Below are positions 1-15,363 of a stretch of DNA of 64,000 nucleotides, piece by piece. How positions within the stretch are numbered: position 1 is the stretch's first letter; the number at the start of each line of letters is the position of its first letter. The position numbers and the translations under genes were made by a program. Source of the stretch: Oikopleura dioica (Eukaryota > Animalia > Chordata); NCBI GenBank assembly GCA_907165135.1, contig OU015566.1, positions 12,028,001 to 12,092,000 of the forward strand, in the 5' to 3' direction. The notes below the pieces were generated by a model, which was given only the letters and a program-made list of their open reading frames with translations, made no database searches and had not been told where the DNA came from.

Positions 1-1
1 G

Positions 2-2788
2 TGTCTCTGGTGTCGCGAAATATACCACTCGCAATGTATTGGTGCCAATTTGAGATGCTCATTTGGGCTCAATTCAAATTCAATTTTGAAACCGCTTGCG
101 CTCTCCGAATATGACAAAGAAGAGGACGTTTGGCGTGCGAGTAATTGTACCAAAACGCCCAAGCCGATGCTCGTTTTCGTCAACTCCAAATCCGGCGACA
201 ATAAAGGTTCCATCAAAATCCAAATAGAATTAGGTCTTTATGCATTCTTAGGTGTCCAATTTCTGCGAAGATTCAGACAGCATCTCAATCCGGGACAAGT
301 TTATGATTTGATGCGCGCTGGACCGCTGCCCGGACTTAATGTTTTCCAGAGATTAGACAATTTCCAAGTTCTTATCTGCGGTGGCGATGGAAGTATAAGC
401 TGGGTGCTCGGCGAAATGGATCGGCTAGGACTTACGCCAAAGGTATGCCACCTGGAAAAAACCTCGTGCTGAAACAAAAGTTAAAGACGCAAGTCGGAGT
501 TCTACCTCTGGGAACGGGAAATGATCTTAGCCAAGTTCTCGGATGGGGTGACGTTTTCAATGACGATACAAAAGTGCCAACTTTGCTGGAAAGATACGCT
601 TGCGCAAAAACGAAAATGCTCGATCGATGGTCGATAATGGTGTACGAAGGCATTTTGCCAGATCTCCCCCAGCAAATGTTCGACAAACACGAAGATGAAA
701 AGGAAAAAGCAATAGAACAGAAGATAGGCAATCAGTATGTTTATCTTCTTTGTGTTCCTGGTCATAAATTGGTTGTTTTTAGAATCGCTAATATAATCAA
801 TTCAACAGATCCTGAGATAGTGTTGAAGGCTTCAAGTGACCTTATCCGCATCGCCAAGCATGTTTTGGACATAACCGCAGAAAGATCTGCAGAATTCGCG
901 CAGCGTGACACGGAGACATTATCAAATATCAATTTATTGCGGCAAAAGCTGAATGGATTAGAAGAAGCGTCATCATTTTCCGATAATGTGCATTCAAAAT
1001 TCAACGAGGTAATTGAAGAATAACCACAAACAACTATACCAGCTTTAGAACTCGAAAAACAATCTGATGAACCGAGCAAACTCGGTGAAAAACGCGGTGA
1101 AAAACGTTCTCGATAAAGCCGTCAAGTCGAAGAAAAATGATAAAAATCCAACTAGAAAGAATCCCAAAATCTCGCCCAGAATCAAAAGCCGACCAGTTCG
1201 AAGAGAAACGTCTGATGAAAGTATTTTGACTCCCTGCTTTTACATAATTAATCATGGTCTTTAGCATCGGACCAGCCTAATCTCCAGACTTTTCTTGGCC
1301 TGAATGATTTCAACGAGAGATATGTGATGAACAACTATTTTGGAATCGGAGTTGATGCTAAGATCGTCCTTGATTTTCACCATTATCGTGACAAAAATCA
1401 GAAAAACTGCGGGTAATCCCTTCTTATAAAAAGCTTTCGATTAAAGTTGTTTTTCAGGCGGAATCTAAATAAACTCTCCATGACACTCTTCTCGGCCAAC
1501 GAGCTGCTGAAACAATCACATAAAAAACTAAATAAGAAAATTCGACTCTTCTGTGATGATAAAGAAATCAACCTGCCAGATCTTCAAGGTGTTCTAGTTC
1601 TTAATATACCGTCTTATGCTGCTGGAATCAATTTTTGGGGAGACAAGTCCGGAGGACAGGTACCTATCTTCTACAAATCGTATTCTAAAAAGCTTCAGTC
1701 TTTCGTTACTCCCTCATACTCTGATCGATTGATCGAAGTTATTGGAATCTTCGGCGTCTTTCAACTTGGAATGTCTCAAGCCTTCCTGGGCTTGCCCCAA
1801 CGCGTTTCTCAACGACATCGCATCGCTCAGTGCTCCTCCCTAAAAATAATGATCAAAGGAAGCGACCCAATCCCGGTTCAAGTCGACGGAGAGGCCTGGA
1901 TGCAAAACCCCGGCATCATCAAAATTGAACATAAAAATCGTGTACAAATGCTTGCCCGCGATGTTAACGCGGAACTGATGCTGTCTGAGACTGCGCTTTC
2001 TGTTGAAGAGATCAATTCTTTCGCTCTGTTTGCCTCTGAAATGCTTGCCTGTATTGAAAGGTTGGAATATCCTCAAGTTATTCGACTTTACCTTTTAACT
2101 TACATAGCTCTGATGAATTTGGAAGAGATGAATTGAGCGAAGAAAAGGACAAAATCGTCGATTTCTTAGATACGATTCAAATCAACAAACTCCCAATTCG
2201 ATATGACGTGATCAACACACTAATTGAAGTTGTTGACTCTCTCTGTTCCTCCCCAAGTATAGCCAGGGATCGAAAGGTAAAACATATCCTCTGCTCCTTT
2301 GTTTATCTGAGTTTTAGGATGACATTCGTTCCAAATTCGAGCGACTTGGAGAAATCTCCTGGTTCCGGATTTCAGTAGAGCGACATAATATCTCCAAGCC
2401 TCAGCGGCCAACAGTCATCTCGCGATTCCTTCACCCAAAAAGATCGAATAGAGATAGTTTATACAACGAAATGTGTAGGCTTGACCTTCCTTTTGACAGT
2501 AAGGCCGTTTGCACCTTTTCTTGTTTAATTTTCAAATTAGTTCGGACATGGAACGAGGATTCTGTGCGCACATGGGCTGAGAGCTTGAAAATATCCAAGC
2601 AGTCTGCAAAGATGTTTAGCGAGAATCACGTGATTGGATCCGACTTGATCTACTTTGATTCCAAGGATCTGAAACAAATGGGAATTAGCGGAGAGGACCT
2701 GCGCCGCCTTAGCGACGAAATTAGCGAGCTACGGAGATTACACCAGCGCCAGATGAAATCAAAATCAACGTCTGACCTGCCCTCTTAA
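2..2788 (+). CDS. Diacylglycerol kinase, type II (DGK eta/delta-like), 5'-partial, multi-exon
   Basis: End of C1 domain (CLWCREIYHSQC), catalytic motifs FVNSKSG, CGGDGSISWVL and LPLGTGNDL, accessory domain (NNYFGIGVDAKI, NIPSYAAG, PVQVDGEAW), C-terminal SAM-like domain (VRTWNEDSVRTWAESLKI...LKQMGI); many ~45-nt GT-AG introns. Confidence 0.9.
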
Positions 2789-3465
2789 TTTTAAATACTA
2801 CCCATACTTGCCACTTGATTCCTATCAAATATGATGCTGTAGCTTTTAACTCCTCGATGCACAATTGATTCATAATAAAAATTAATACTGCAAACTCAAA
2901 AATAAATTGCGAATGAAAGATCTAGCAAGAAACAATAAATCAAAAATATACCTTCATTATTGAACAGTTTTTTTCCCAATTATGAATGTGCAATTTTCAA
3001 AAATTGACTTTAGTCGTTAGTCTTAAATTCAAATCCCATTACTTTTTCATATATCTTTATGAGCAGAAAATAATTCTCGCCTTTTATTCTTTCTTTTTTA
3101 TCTAAAATGTATTCTTCAATGCATGATCGACTTACTGAATGTTTGCGAACAAAGTATTGTACATTTTGTCAAGCTATGCAAAATCAAAAGATGTTGCAAT
3201 TTGCGAGTTGTAACGAGGCAGATCTCTCGTTTAAAAACCGTTGTTCATTCGACTGTCCTAAAAATGCTTTATTTTTACGTCACTTTCTGACTTGATGAAA
3301 TCCGGAAAATATCTTCTTCAAAGTTTTTGTAAAAAGAAATTCCTGAAAGCCGAAACTCTTCAACTCTTTTGTACGACTTATTGTTTCCTTAGATCTGTAA
3401 CTGCCCCTGAAAATACTAAATATAAATGTATTCCTTATCCGAGCTTATACTTTAGAAGTCGCAAA

Positions 3466-4311
<846 letters not shown>

Positions 4312-4457
4312 TTTTGATTTTCTGTAGCAGCCGAAAGCTAACTTGTAGTACCGATTATTTCTCGTGCAATTTTAAACCCCTGATAGTTCACAAATTGATA
4401 GATGATATTTCTAAAATGACCTTCTCTAATATCTTCTGTCTGTTTCAGTGTGCAGAT

Positions 4458-5397
4458 ATGGATGCTGATAAAATCAGGTCCCACTTGAAAAAGAAAAAAG
4501 ACGATTACAACTACGAGATACAAACTACAGATGATCATGCTCGGAAAAAAGTTGCGAAGACGAAATACTACAAGATCCGAAAAATGTTAAAAGAAATGAG
4601 CGATGCAGAAATCGTCTCCTGGTACTATGAGGAAGAAGCAAAATCTACAAATCGTCAGAGACTCAAAGATGAAACAAATAGACAAAACAATCCACCGAGA
4701 AAACCTGTTCAAAAGATTTCGAAAAAGCTAGCAGACTTTGCGGATATGGAATACGAAGTACAAACTCCCAAAGTTACTCCCGTTGCTCAAGAACCGAGCA
4801 CGAGTAATGATAGGATCGCGAACTGGCTTTCAAGCAACGACTTCAGCATCGCCAATGAAACTCTCGAGCTAGAAAGAGAGTCAGCTGGATCCTCGCAAAA
4901 AGTGGTTAAATGCTCGAAATCTCGACAGCGAGAAAAGAAAGTACAAAAGTCTTCAAATAAAGAAGATAATTCCGACCCTCCATTTTTTCCTCCAGAGTCT
5001 AATTTACCTGCGAAGAAGCCCAGATTACAGGGAAAAGGTCAAATAAGTGTCCTCATAAACAGAAAGAACTCGGTCTAAATCTCTTGAACTTGAGATCGAA
5101 CAAAAGTGCACTCGAATTTGACCTTTTGTGAAGACCCAAGATACGTTCGTAAATCCTTCTGGTCACCTTATGTACAGAAAAACACTGCCGTTCCCTGAAG
5201 GAGTATCAAAATCTTACCAAAAGGCAGACATCGATACGTACCTAACGCAAGAAGAGGAGCGGGAAGAAAGAGAAAAATTCGAAGATATCTACCCGCGCAA
5301 TAATCATCTCCAAGAGCAAAGACGGACAGATAACACTTGCGAGTTGATTTTCCACACTGTTCATTGCTATCAATTGAAAAATAAGCACTCAAAGTAA
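4458..5397 (+). CDS. Uncharacterised K/E/S-rich protein, no recognisable domain; 3' structure uncertain
   Basis: Open frame 4458-5078 behind an acceptor-like TTTCAG, probable intron near 5035-5130 and second exon to ~5397; sits between DPM1 and the SDR on the same strand. Confidence 0.5.
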
Positions 5398-5445
5398 TAA
5401 AGATATTTTTATTTACTTCTGTTGTTTGCATTTTTTGTGTTGAGA

Positions 5446-7511
5446 ATGGGGTCGGAGAGGAGGAGGAAGAAGGTGTTGATCACTGGAACGAGTAGTGGAA
5501 TAGGGCGATGCACGGCTAGCTTACTAGTTCAGCGAAATTATGATGTTGTTACTGTTAATAGGTGTGAGAAGTCTGCGCATTTGTCGACCGAGTACTTAGT
5601 TTTGGGATTGATTCTTTTCTGTACTTATTTTTCCAAAGAATTTTTTGAACAAAGTCGATCCTAAATAAGCAAAAATGGCCGCGGATGTAACAATCGACTC
5701 TTATGTCGTTGACCTTGGAGATCTGCAGAAGGTTGGAGACAAAAGTTCTCGCGATTGACCTAATTATATAACTAGGTGAATGAAATCGCAGCGGAGATCG
5801 TAAAAAATCACCAGTTCGATCTTGTGATCTTCAATGCCGGGGTAATGTTTGTCCCCTTCGACGCCGATCACGGGTTAGGCTCGGGGAAAAGACTTCTAAT
5901 TTGCTCATCAAACAATGAATATTCTCAATGCTCTCGATTCAGATATTAGCGCAAGAGTAACAAACTAACTGTTTTCTCTCCGCTGTGTCCTGAATCTTGT
6001 TTTGATTATTATGCGCGCCCCCTAAAAACAGAGAAGACTTTGCGAGTCAACTTTTTATCGACAGTTTTATTTCTCGATCATCTTAGATCAAGAATTGCCA
6101 AGAGAATGAGTACGAAATTCAGCAGCTTGCAAATCTAATGAGAAAGACTCAATTTTTGCTGAGTAATTTTGAAAAGTTTTGATTACTCTTGAAAACAGAA
6201 TGGAAGAGTTATTTTTCTATCATCGGTTGCGCATAAATGGGCAAACTCCAGCGACCTCGCGTATTTGAATCAGTTCGATGAGGAGAAGGCCGCGAATTTT
6301 CATCATGAAAATGGAGTGTTAGCGTACGCAGAGTCTAAGCTCCTTTTGATCCTCTTGGCCCGTCATCTAGCGAAAACTGATACTGAGGTTAATTATTACG
6401 CCGTTCACCCTGGAATATGTGCCACAGGTTTATTTGATCACTGTCTGCCAAAGTGGATTACTCAAGGTTCGTGTTTTTCCCCGGCTAGTTGATCTCAGAC
6501 GATAAATAAGCAATTTTCTTATTTGGTAATTTTCAGCATCAAAGATGCTCGGAGTCATCAGATCCGCTGAGGAAGGTGCTAAAGGAGTGCTCGCAGCAGC
6601 AGAAGCGGAAAACTCTTTACCAAGGTACTTCAAAAATATGAGCCAAGGAGATTTTTTCCATTCAAAAAAATGAGATTATAAAAGTTTATCCTTGAGAAAA
6701 ATTGCTTCTGTTTTTTGATCATTTACGTCAGTCGTTGGTTACATAACCCAGTTTAAATTATTTTTGTGTAAATTTCCGTGGTCACAATTTCTTACAACCA
6801 AGAGCCGAGAAATTTTCAATCTTTCGATTTTTCATATTTGCAGAGGAAATTTCCGAACGAAGGAGACTTTTTACGTGAGTAACAATCTGGCTCTGAATTT
6901 TTCTCCTCAGGTCTACTTTCGTGTATATTTTTCATATTTACACAGCATTAAATGACTTGGAGTTATCTAATCGTTACTGAATTGAAATTTTTCAAAAGAT
7001 GGCGAGAGGAAAAATTGACGCTGATGATTGTGAACTTTCTCTCATTCTTTTTTCGCTGAGGTTAGCCGCAGGCTAAGACAAGAGAAAGAAGTGTGTGCCC
7101 AAAAATGGTAACGTGTCAAGCAAATCCCCCAGTACCACTAGCAGCGTGTCAAAATTGCTACTAGTAGAGGGTCAATAAACAACTTAGAAAGGAAGATTTC
7201 ATTAAACCTTTATTTCAAACAGAGATTTCCAAAAATTTAGAGATTTAACCGGATGAATAGCGAATAACCTGGCATCGTAAATTAATTATTTTCTGGAAAT
7301 CGTAAATTTGGGTCACTATCAACCAATTTTTTATTTCAGTGGTAGTTATCTGTCAGACGGGGAAGTCATCAATCCATTGATTTTAAATGAATCTGAGCTT
7401 CTTCAAAGGACAAAGAAGTTTCTTCATGCTTTGACGAAAAAACACGGGATGAATTTCCAAGGCCAAGGGCTTAAAATTGATTTATATGTTATTTTTTGGT
7501 ATATTTATTGA
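5446..7511 (+). CDS. Short-chain dehydrogenase/reductase (retinol dehydrogenase/DHRS-like)
   Basis: LITGTSSGIG Rossmann motif, LVIFNAGVM, AYAESKL (YxxxK), YAVHPGICAT; last exon SGSYLSDGEV joined in phase 2 across a ~715-nt intron (6625-7339). Confidence 0.8.
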
Positions 7512-8442
7512 AAAATTCACTTTTTTGAACCCAAAGAAAGGTATTTTCTAGATCATTTTTGAAACTTTTGTTATTCTGTCAGTTCTGTATCAGTTGATTC
7601 GTGAAACGTTCATGCAAAAGAAGTCAATTGACTTTTTCAAATTTCTTTATTGAAATTATTTCCAGGTAAGTGCAATAAATTAACGACGAGATCCTCTAGT
7701 CTTCCCTTTTTATTCTGTCAAAATGAAGTTTACGATAGATTTGTTAGTTACGTAATTACTCGGCTTTATGCGAAGATTCTGGCTGCAAATGTCCGCGGGC
7801 AGATTGATCGCCACCGTCTGGTGTTAATACTGCCACCAAAAATAGCCCAATTTCCCTATTTTGATATTCACTGAAGGGTTAAAAATTTCTCAGACTTTAC
7901 AGCCTTGGGGCGATTTTTTTTTGAAAAAAAAAAGATCCCCACTGATTTTTTGCTTTGGCGCGCAGACTCAATTCTCGTTGAAATTGAAAATTTTCCACTT
8001 GCTATCTTTTTCTTTCTTCCCACCTTTGACCGTTTTACTGCAATTACTGTATTTTTGGTCGCCGATACTGCTTGCCGATTGTTGACCAGATTGCCTGTAA
8101 ATCCGGCCGTGTTTTGATTTAGCAGCTGTAGATTTATGCACTAGATGGCGCCACGCTAACGTCATGGTTCTGTTTTAGATCTCGATAACCCACATTTGCG
8201 AGAGGAGTTTCGCTCCACAAAGAATAAAAACCGAGATCGCAGAGGAACTGACTCGGAGTTGGAGATTCCCCCGCCCCCAGAAAAGAGAGAGAGAAGCTAA
8301 AAACGCCGCCAAAATTTTATCCTCGCAGCAGCAACCGAGCAAGCCGGAGAACCGTCAGAGGCCGCCGCCGAAAAGGCAACAACCTGCAAGCACGAGTTCG
8401 CAACAAACACAATTCAAGAGCAACCACAGAAAAAAGAACCCG

Positions 8443-10555
<2,113 letters not shown>

Positions 10556-12056
10556 AAATCTATCACCCTCGCCTCTACCAAAGACTATCACCGTTTTCCC
10601 CATCAAAGTACGTTTAAAAACAAAAAAAAAAGTATCCTCGTGCCCCTCCTCTACGAGTGAGATTTCTGAGACAGAGTTGTGCCAAGTACAAGTGACAATA
10701 TTCAAATCACCCGAATAAGAATCGCTCGACTTGGCCCTTTGGCCGATCGAGCTTTTTATTCTAGCATTTTTACTTGTCCGTGTTTAGGTTGCAGCCCGAA
10801 ATCTATAGTATTTATTTTATCCCTTTTGCCTTATCTACCGTTACGCTCTGTACATATGAATATATCTATATATATAATATCGAAATAAGGTAGTTTCTAC
10901 GACAAGATCCGTTTTAGTTTCTCCCCCGGTCCAGGACTCAGTACCGATAGCGCCAAGGATTAAATCGCGAATCAACTCAATTCCACTAAAAAAAGCTCAA
11001 GCATGCAACGTTCGAATGCTGGCGCTGTCGAAAGATCATGTTGAGTCCTCTCCGGGGTCGTTCTTCTCTTTTTTCTTATTTAACTTAAAAATCTCAAAAT
11101 CTCCAAAAAACCTGAAAAAAAAGTCACAAAATCTAAAAAATCTCAGCATTAAAAATTACAAATAAAGTAACAACCGATTAGTACACGAGTTTAGGCCTCC
11201 ATCCTATCACCTTTGACACGCTCCGTGGAGCCAGGCCCAAGCTCATGTACTGATGGGTACACAATGGAAATGACACGAATTGACATTTTCTTTGGTACAA
11301 ACTCAAAAAAGCCAAAAAAATCTAAAAAAAATTCCATTCAATCATTTACCAACCGTATACTTTCCTTTTGTATCCACTGTAGCCAACCATAAAAAAACAA
11401 CAACTCTACGGATTTCTGTTTTCATAGACACTTCCGATTATTTAAGTTTTTGACCAGTTCTGTGTCAGCGAAACTGTGCGTTCGTTAAAATCAAAGTTCA
11501 ATAATCCCTAACCCACTACAAAAAACAACAAAAAATCAAAGTCAATCCAATTGCTCCCATCATCTATTTCGGACTTCCCAAATTATCCCATGATTCGCTT
11601 GATGTCTTTGGCCTGCTGTTGCTGCTGCACTGAACTCTGTTTCCCTATTTTTTTAATTATCTTCGCGTCAAACCTGAAATCCAACATCCAAAAACTTCGT
11701 TTCAAAAAAGTAAAAAGCCTTATTTCTGCGTATTGTGTTGCCCTGTTCGTTCAAATCCAAAGACTATGGATCAGAATAAAAATTTATAAATTCAAACTTT
11801 GCTGGTGTCCTTGTTGATTGCAAACATTTTTAAAATGTCCGGAAATACTAGTTTTTGTCAATAGCATTTCCCTTGTATATATGTTTTTGAAAAAACGATG
11901 GTATATTTGATGAAAAAAATAGCAAAAGATATGCTCGGCGAATACAGATTGATGGATAAATGAGGTGTTTGATGATTTTACAGAAATTAAATGATCATTC
12001 AGTTGTGTTTTTTGGAATTGCTCTTTTTGGATATTGGCAGTTTTTTCTGTCTTTTC

Positions 12057-13105
12057 TTAGTTCTTTATCTGTTGAGTTTCGAATTGATTGATAGCAATGA
12101 AGTCGTCTTTGTGAATCCAAGCGGAGCAGGCTGGGCATTTGCGCTCTTTTCGAGGCTTACTCGCGAAGCAATCAGCGCAACTGTTGCAAACTCGATGGCC
12201 GCAGTTCTTGAATGTTTTGCCATCTTGCACTGGGTACTGAAAAAAGATATTCTACCATGATCTGTGAGATTTCGCCTTACCAATCTGTTGCACCCCTTGC
12301 AGCTTCCGCATTGTGCGTCGCGAATCTGCTTTTCTAAAAGAACACATCAGTCCTTGTTAAAAACATCTGTTTCTTACCGAAGAGGAGGACCTGACTACGA
12401 AGTCGTTCAGTCTCTTCTCGCATCAGCTTCTTGTCTTCGTTGTCTTTCAGCCACATGGCCTCAATAGTTCCAAGATTGGATCTGAGGTTTTGAATCTGTG
12501 AGCGCTGCTCGCCCATGAAGGTGTCTTTGTCTTTGATCTCCTGGGCCAATCGAACGAGTCTGAATTGGGGGAGAGTTATTGAGAAGAAAACAGTTTTGTT
12601 TCTCACCGTTCACGGTGAATAGCAACCTCGCGTTTGAGGTGATAGTTCTCCGTGAGAATTTGATCAGTTCGAGCTTTCATGGTATCGACGAGTGTGGCTC
12701 CCGTGGCTCCCTTCTGTACTGCTGCTTGCTGCGCAACGGCGGCTTGCTGAGCTGCTGCAGCCTGTTGAACGGAGGGCGGCGAGGCTCGCTGGTGAACGAG
12801 AGCCGCTTGTTGAACAGATGTTGCCGTGACTTGCACCGGTGTGCTGACTGCGAATGCATTGAATGCACTAAAGGCCACTTTGAAAGGCTATTTTTTGCGA
12901 GAATTATGGAAGAGCATTTGATTGACACGCTATGGAAGCTGATTGGCTTAATAATCGCGATCCCAAGGGGTTGATCCTCAATTTTGCTTATAATTCTTAT
13001 TTGTTGAGAGATTTTTCCCATGAAACTACTGTAAAATTACTGTAAGCCCGTGCCTTGATTCTTGTAATTACTTAACGTGTTGATGGTCGCAAAGTTCGTG
13101 CTCAT
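12057..13105 (-). CDS. Q/A-rich, coiled-coil protein with C-terminal RING finger (putative E3 ligase)
   Basis: Hand-spliced: MSTNFATINT|AFNAF..QQAAAAQQAA..coiled coil..CKGCNRL|YPVQDGKTFKNCGHRVCNSCADCFASKPRKERKCPAC...KN*; the RING is split by an intron so the ORF track misses it. Confidence 0.75.
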
Positions 13106-13387
13106 GTAGACAGTAGAATTCTCCAGCTTGGCGGGTGATCGGTGCTCTCGATTTTCAGAAATGACCATTTTCAAAAACAAACACTTGTCTGAGGATGGAC
13201 CTAGAAAATCACGGCTTATTTTTGAAAATTCTCAATATCCCGATAAAAAATCCTCGAAAACGTTGAGAACAGCGTATTAGAGCTTGCGTTTCTTATTTAG
13301 TCATTTTTCTGTCGGAGAACTTGACAGTGCGCCTTTTATCACTAGAGAATTTTTATTTCTGATGCTTAAAATATTCAATTTCAGAAA

Positions 13388-14488
13388 ATGTCGTACTCGA
13401 TTGGGGAGAAAGTGTTCGTCAAATACTCAGAAGGGGTCTGGTACGGCGCGAAAATCCTTGACGTAAGTTTTGATGACCTTATTTCATTTTTACTTCATTT
13501 TTAGCCATGGAATGTGGTCGATCGCGAAGAAAACACCTACCTTGTGCATTACATCGGCTGGAACAAGTCACACGATGAAGTTGTCCATGCAGATCTTATA
13601 CGAAAAACCAAGCCGGATAAAAATGACAATGAAACGTACCCGCAGTCTTGTTTTCGTCGATAACTTTTTTTTATAGAATCGACAGAAAGCCGCTGAAACG
13701 AGGGAGAAAGGGGCGGACGAAACGGGCGCGCCCGACGAAAGCCCAAATGGCGGAAGAGATCAAAAAAGTCAAGAAAGAAATTGAAGAAGAGAATAATGCC
13801 GCCTTGGCTCCACCAGCAGATAACACTGACCCTATAAATCTCTGCCCGAAAGACACCTTGACGATTCCCCTCGAAAGATTAGACCCTACCGCTTCTTACA
13901 ATGTCAGAAATACTTACATGCATAATCCGCGTAAGCCCGTCGCCGAGCTGCGTTTGATGACGGAGCAAATGCGCAAAGAGATCAAAATGGAAGAAGTCAA
14001 AGAGGAGCCCACGACTCCAACAGAAGATCGACCCTCGACCAGTTTTTTCAATGATTCTTCGCTTATCTTATGTGACCCGTCCCAATCCGCCCTAGTTCCA
14101 GTCGTTCCTCCAGCGACGCAGCAGGAGGTTTTGAGAAAAATGAAGCAAGAAGACGGAGAGCCAGACATCGACTTCATCAAGTGCTGGGTAGAGCCCTGGC
14201 TAAACTTCAAACGCGAGGTTAAAAGCTTTGGATTTCCTCAAAACGTCGCGCAAAGAGTCATGGAAAACAACGTCGAAGAATGTCAACGAGCTCTTCTACG
14301 CATCACGGAGAAAAATAGACGCAATTTGCCCGAGAATATCAAAGGAAAACAAAAACTCAAACTGTAAGGCTCAAAACTCGAACGAAAGAATCACTCAAGT
14401 TTTTTTCAGTTTCAAAGAACAATTCTCCGAAGATGAGGAAGACCCGATTGATATTGTTGAATTCTTTGCTGATGCTGACGCCTTTTAG
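13388..14488 (+). CDS. Chromo-barrel (Tudor-knot) domain protein with unique acidic C-terminus
   Basis: MSYSIGEKVFVKYSEGVWYGAKILD|...TYLVHYIGWNKSHDEVV resembles the MRG15/MSL3/MOF chromo barrel; no MRG or MYST domain follows; final intron 14364-14409 gives ...EDPIDIVEFFADADAF*. Confidence 0.7.
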
Positions 14489-15363
14489 TATTCCTGTAAA
14501 ATTATCATATAAGATTTTTGTAAATAACTTTTAATTTTCGACTGTTACTGTTATCGACCCTAACCTTCCAAAGTCTCATTATTCAGTTTCAAAAACCTGC
14601 CTTGGCAGAATTTCGACCCTCTACTAATTCATCTGTATTTTTTAAATTGTATTGCTCCAATACTATTGCATAAGTTTTCCTTACCACAGTCATATTAAAC
14701 TCCAGTCATTGTGCCTGGGTTTGGTCTAGTAAATTGACCGTGATAATGAAAGACCCCAATTTTTGCAATGCTTCGTCAAAGCTCGTTTTTCCCCTCATAT
14801 ATTTATTGTATTTCTTTTGTAAAATCCTGCTGCTATCGGCACATTCGTCTGCTCCTGCTGAAGGCCATTTGAGAGTAATCTAAAAGCAAGACTCTCTCGA
14901 GAGGAGAAAACCAACCCAAATAAATCAAAACGCTCTCTGCAGGAGCATCTTCAACATTTTATCTTTCACCTTCGTTCAACGAAGTTCGTTGTCTACTATC
15001 TTAATATCTCCTTGCATCTGATATCATCATTGATTAAAAGCCGTCTGATAGAGTAGAGTCTTATTTTTATACAAAATTTAAAGTTTAAATCGATTTCTAT
15101 TATTTTTATACAAAGAACCTTTATACTATCAGATAGTTTAGGCGCAAAAGTAAAGTTGTATATTCTCAGAAAGATATCTACCGAAGAAAGTTCTATTTTA
15201 AATGAGTCTTCGGCCCAAAAAAATATTTTTGGAAGGAAAAAATGACTCAAATGTGACTTTATCAATTTCTAAGTTCACTTCTTTTTGTTTTCCTGCTTTC
15301 CAACATTCAAAATAAATAAAAATCAACAACATATTCCTGAGAAACATCATGATTATCATAAGA

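Noticed and set aside
10560-11560. A-rich AAAATCT-type runs and an AT microsatellite
   Set aside because: Low-complexity UTR/intergenic sequence with no periodic array or termini.
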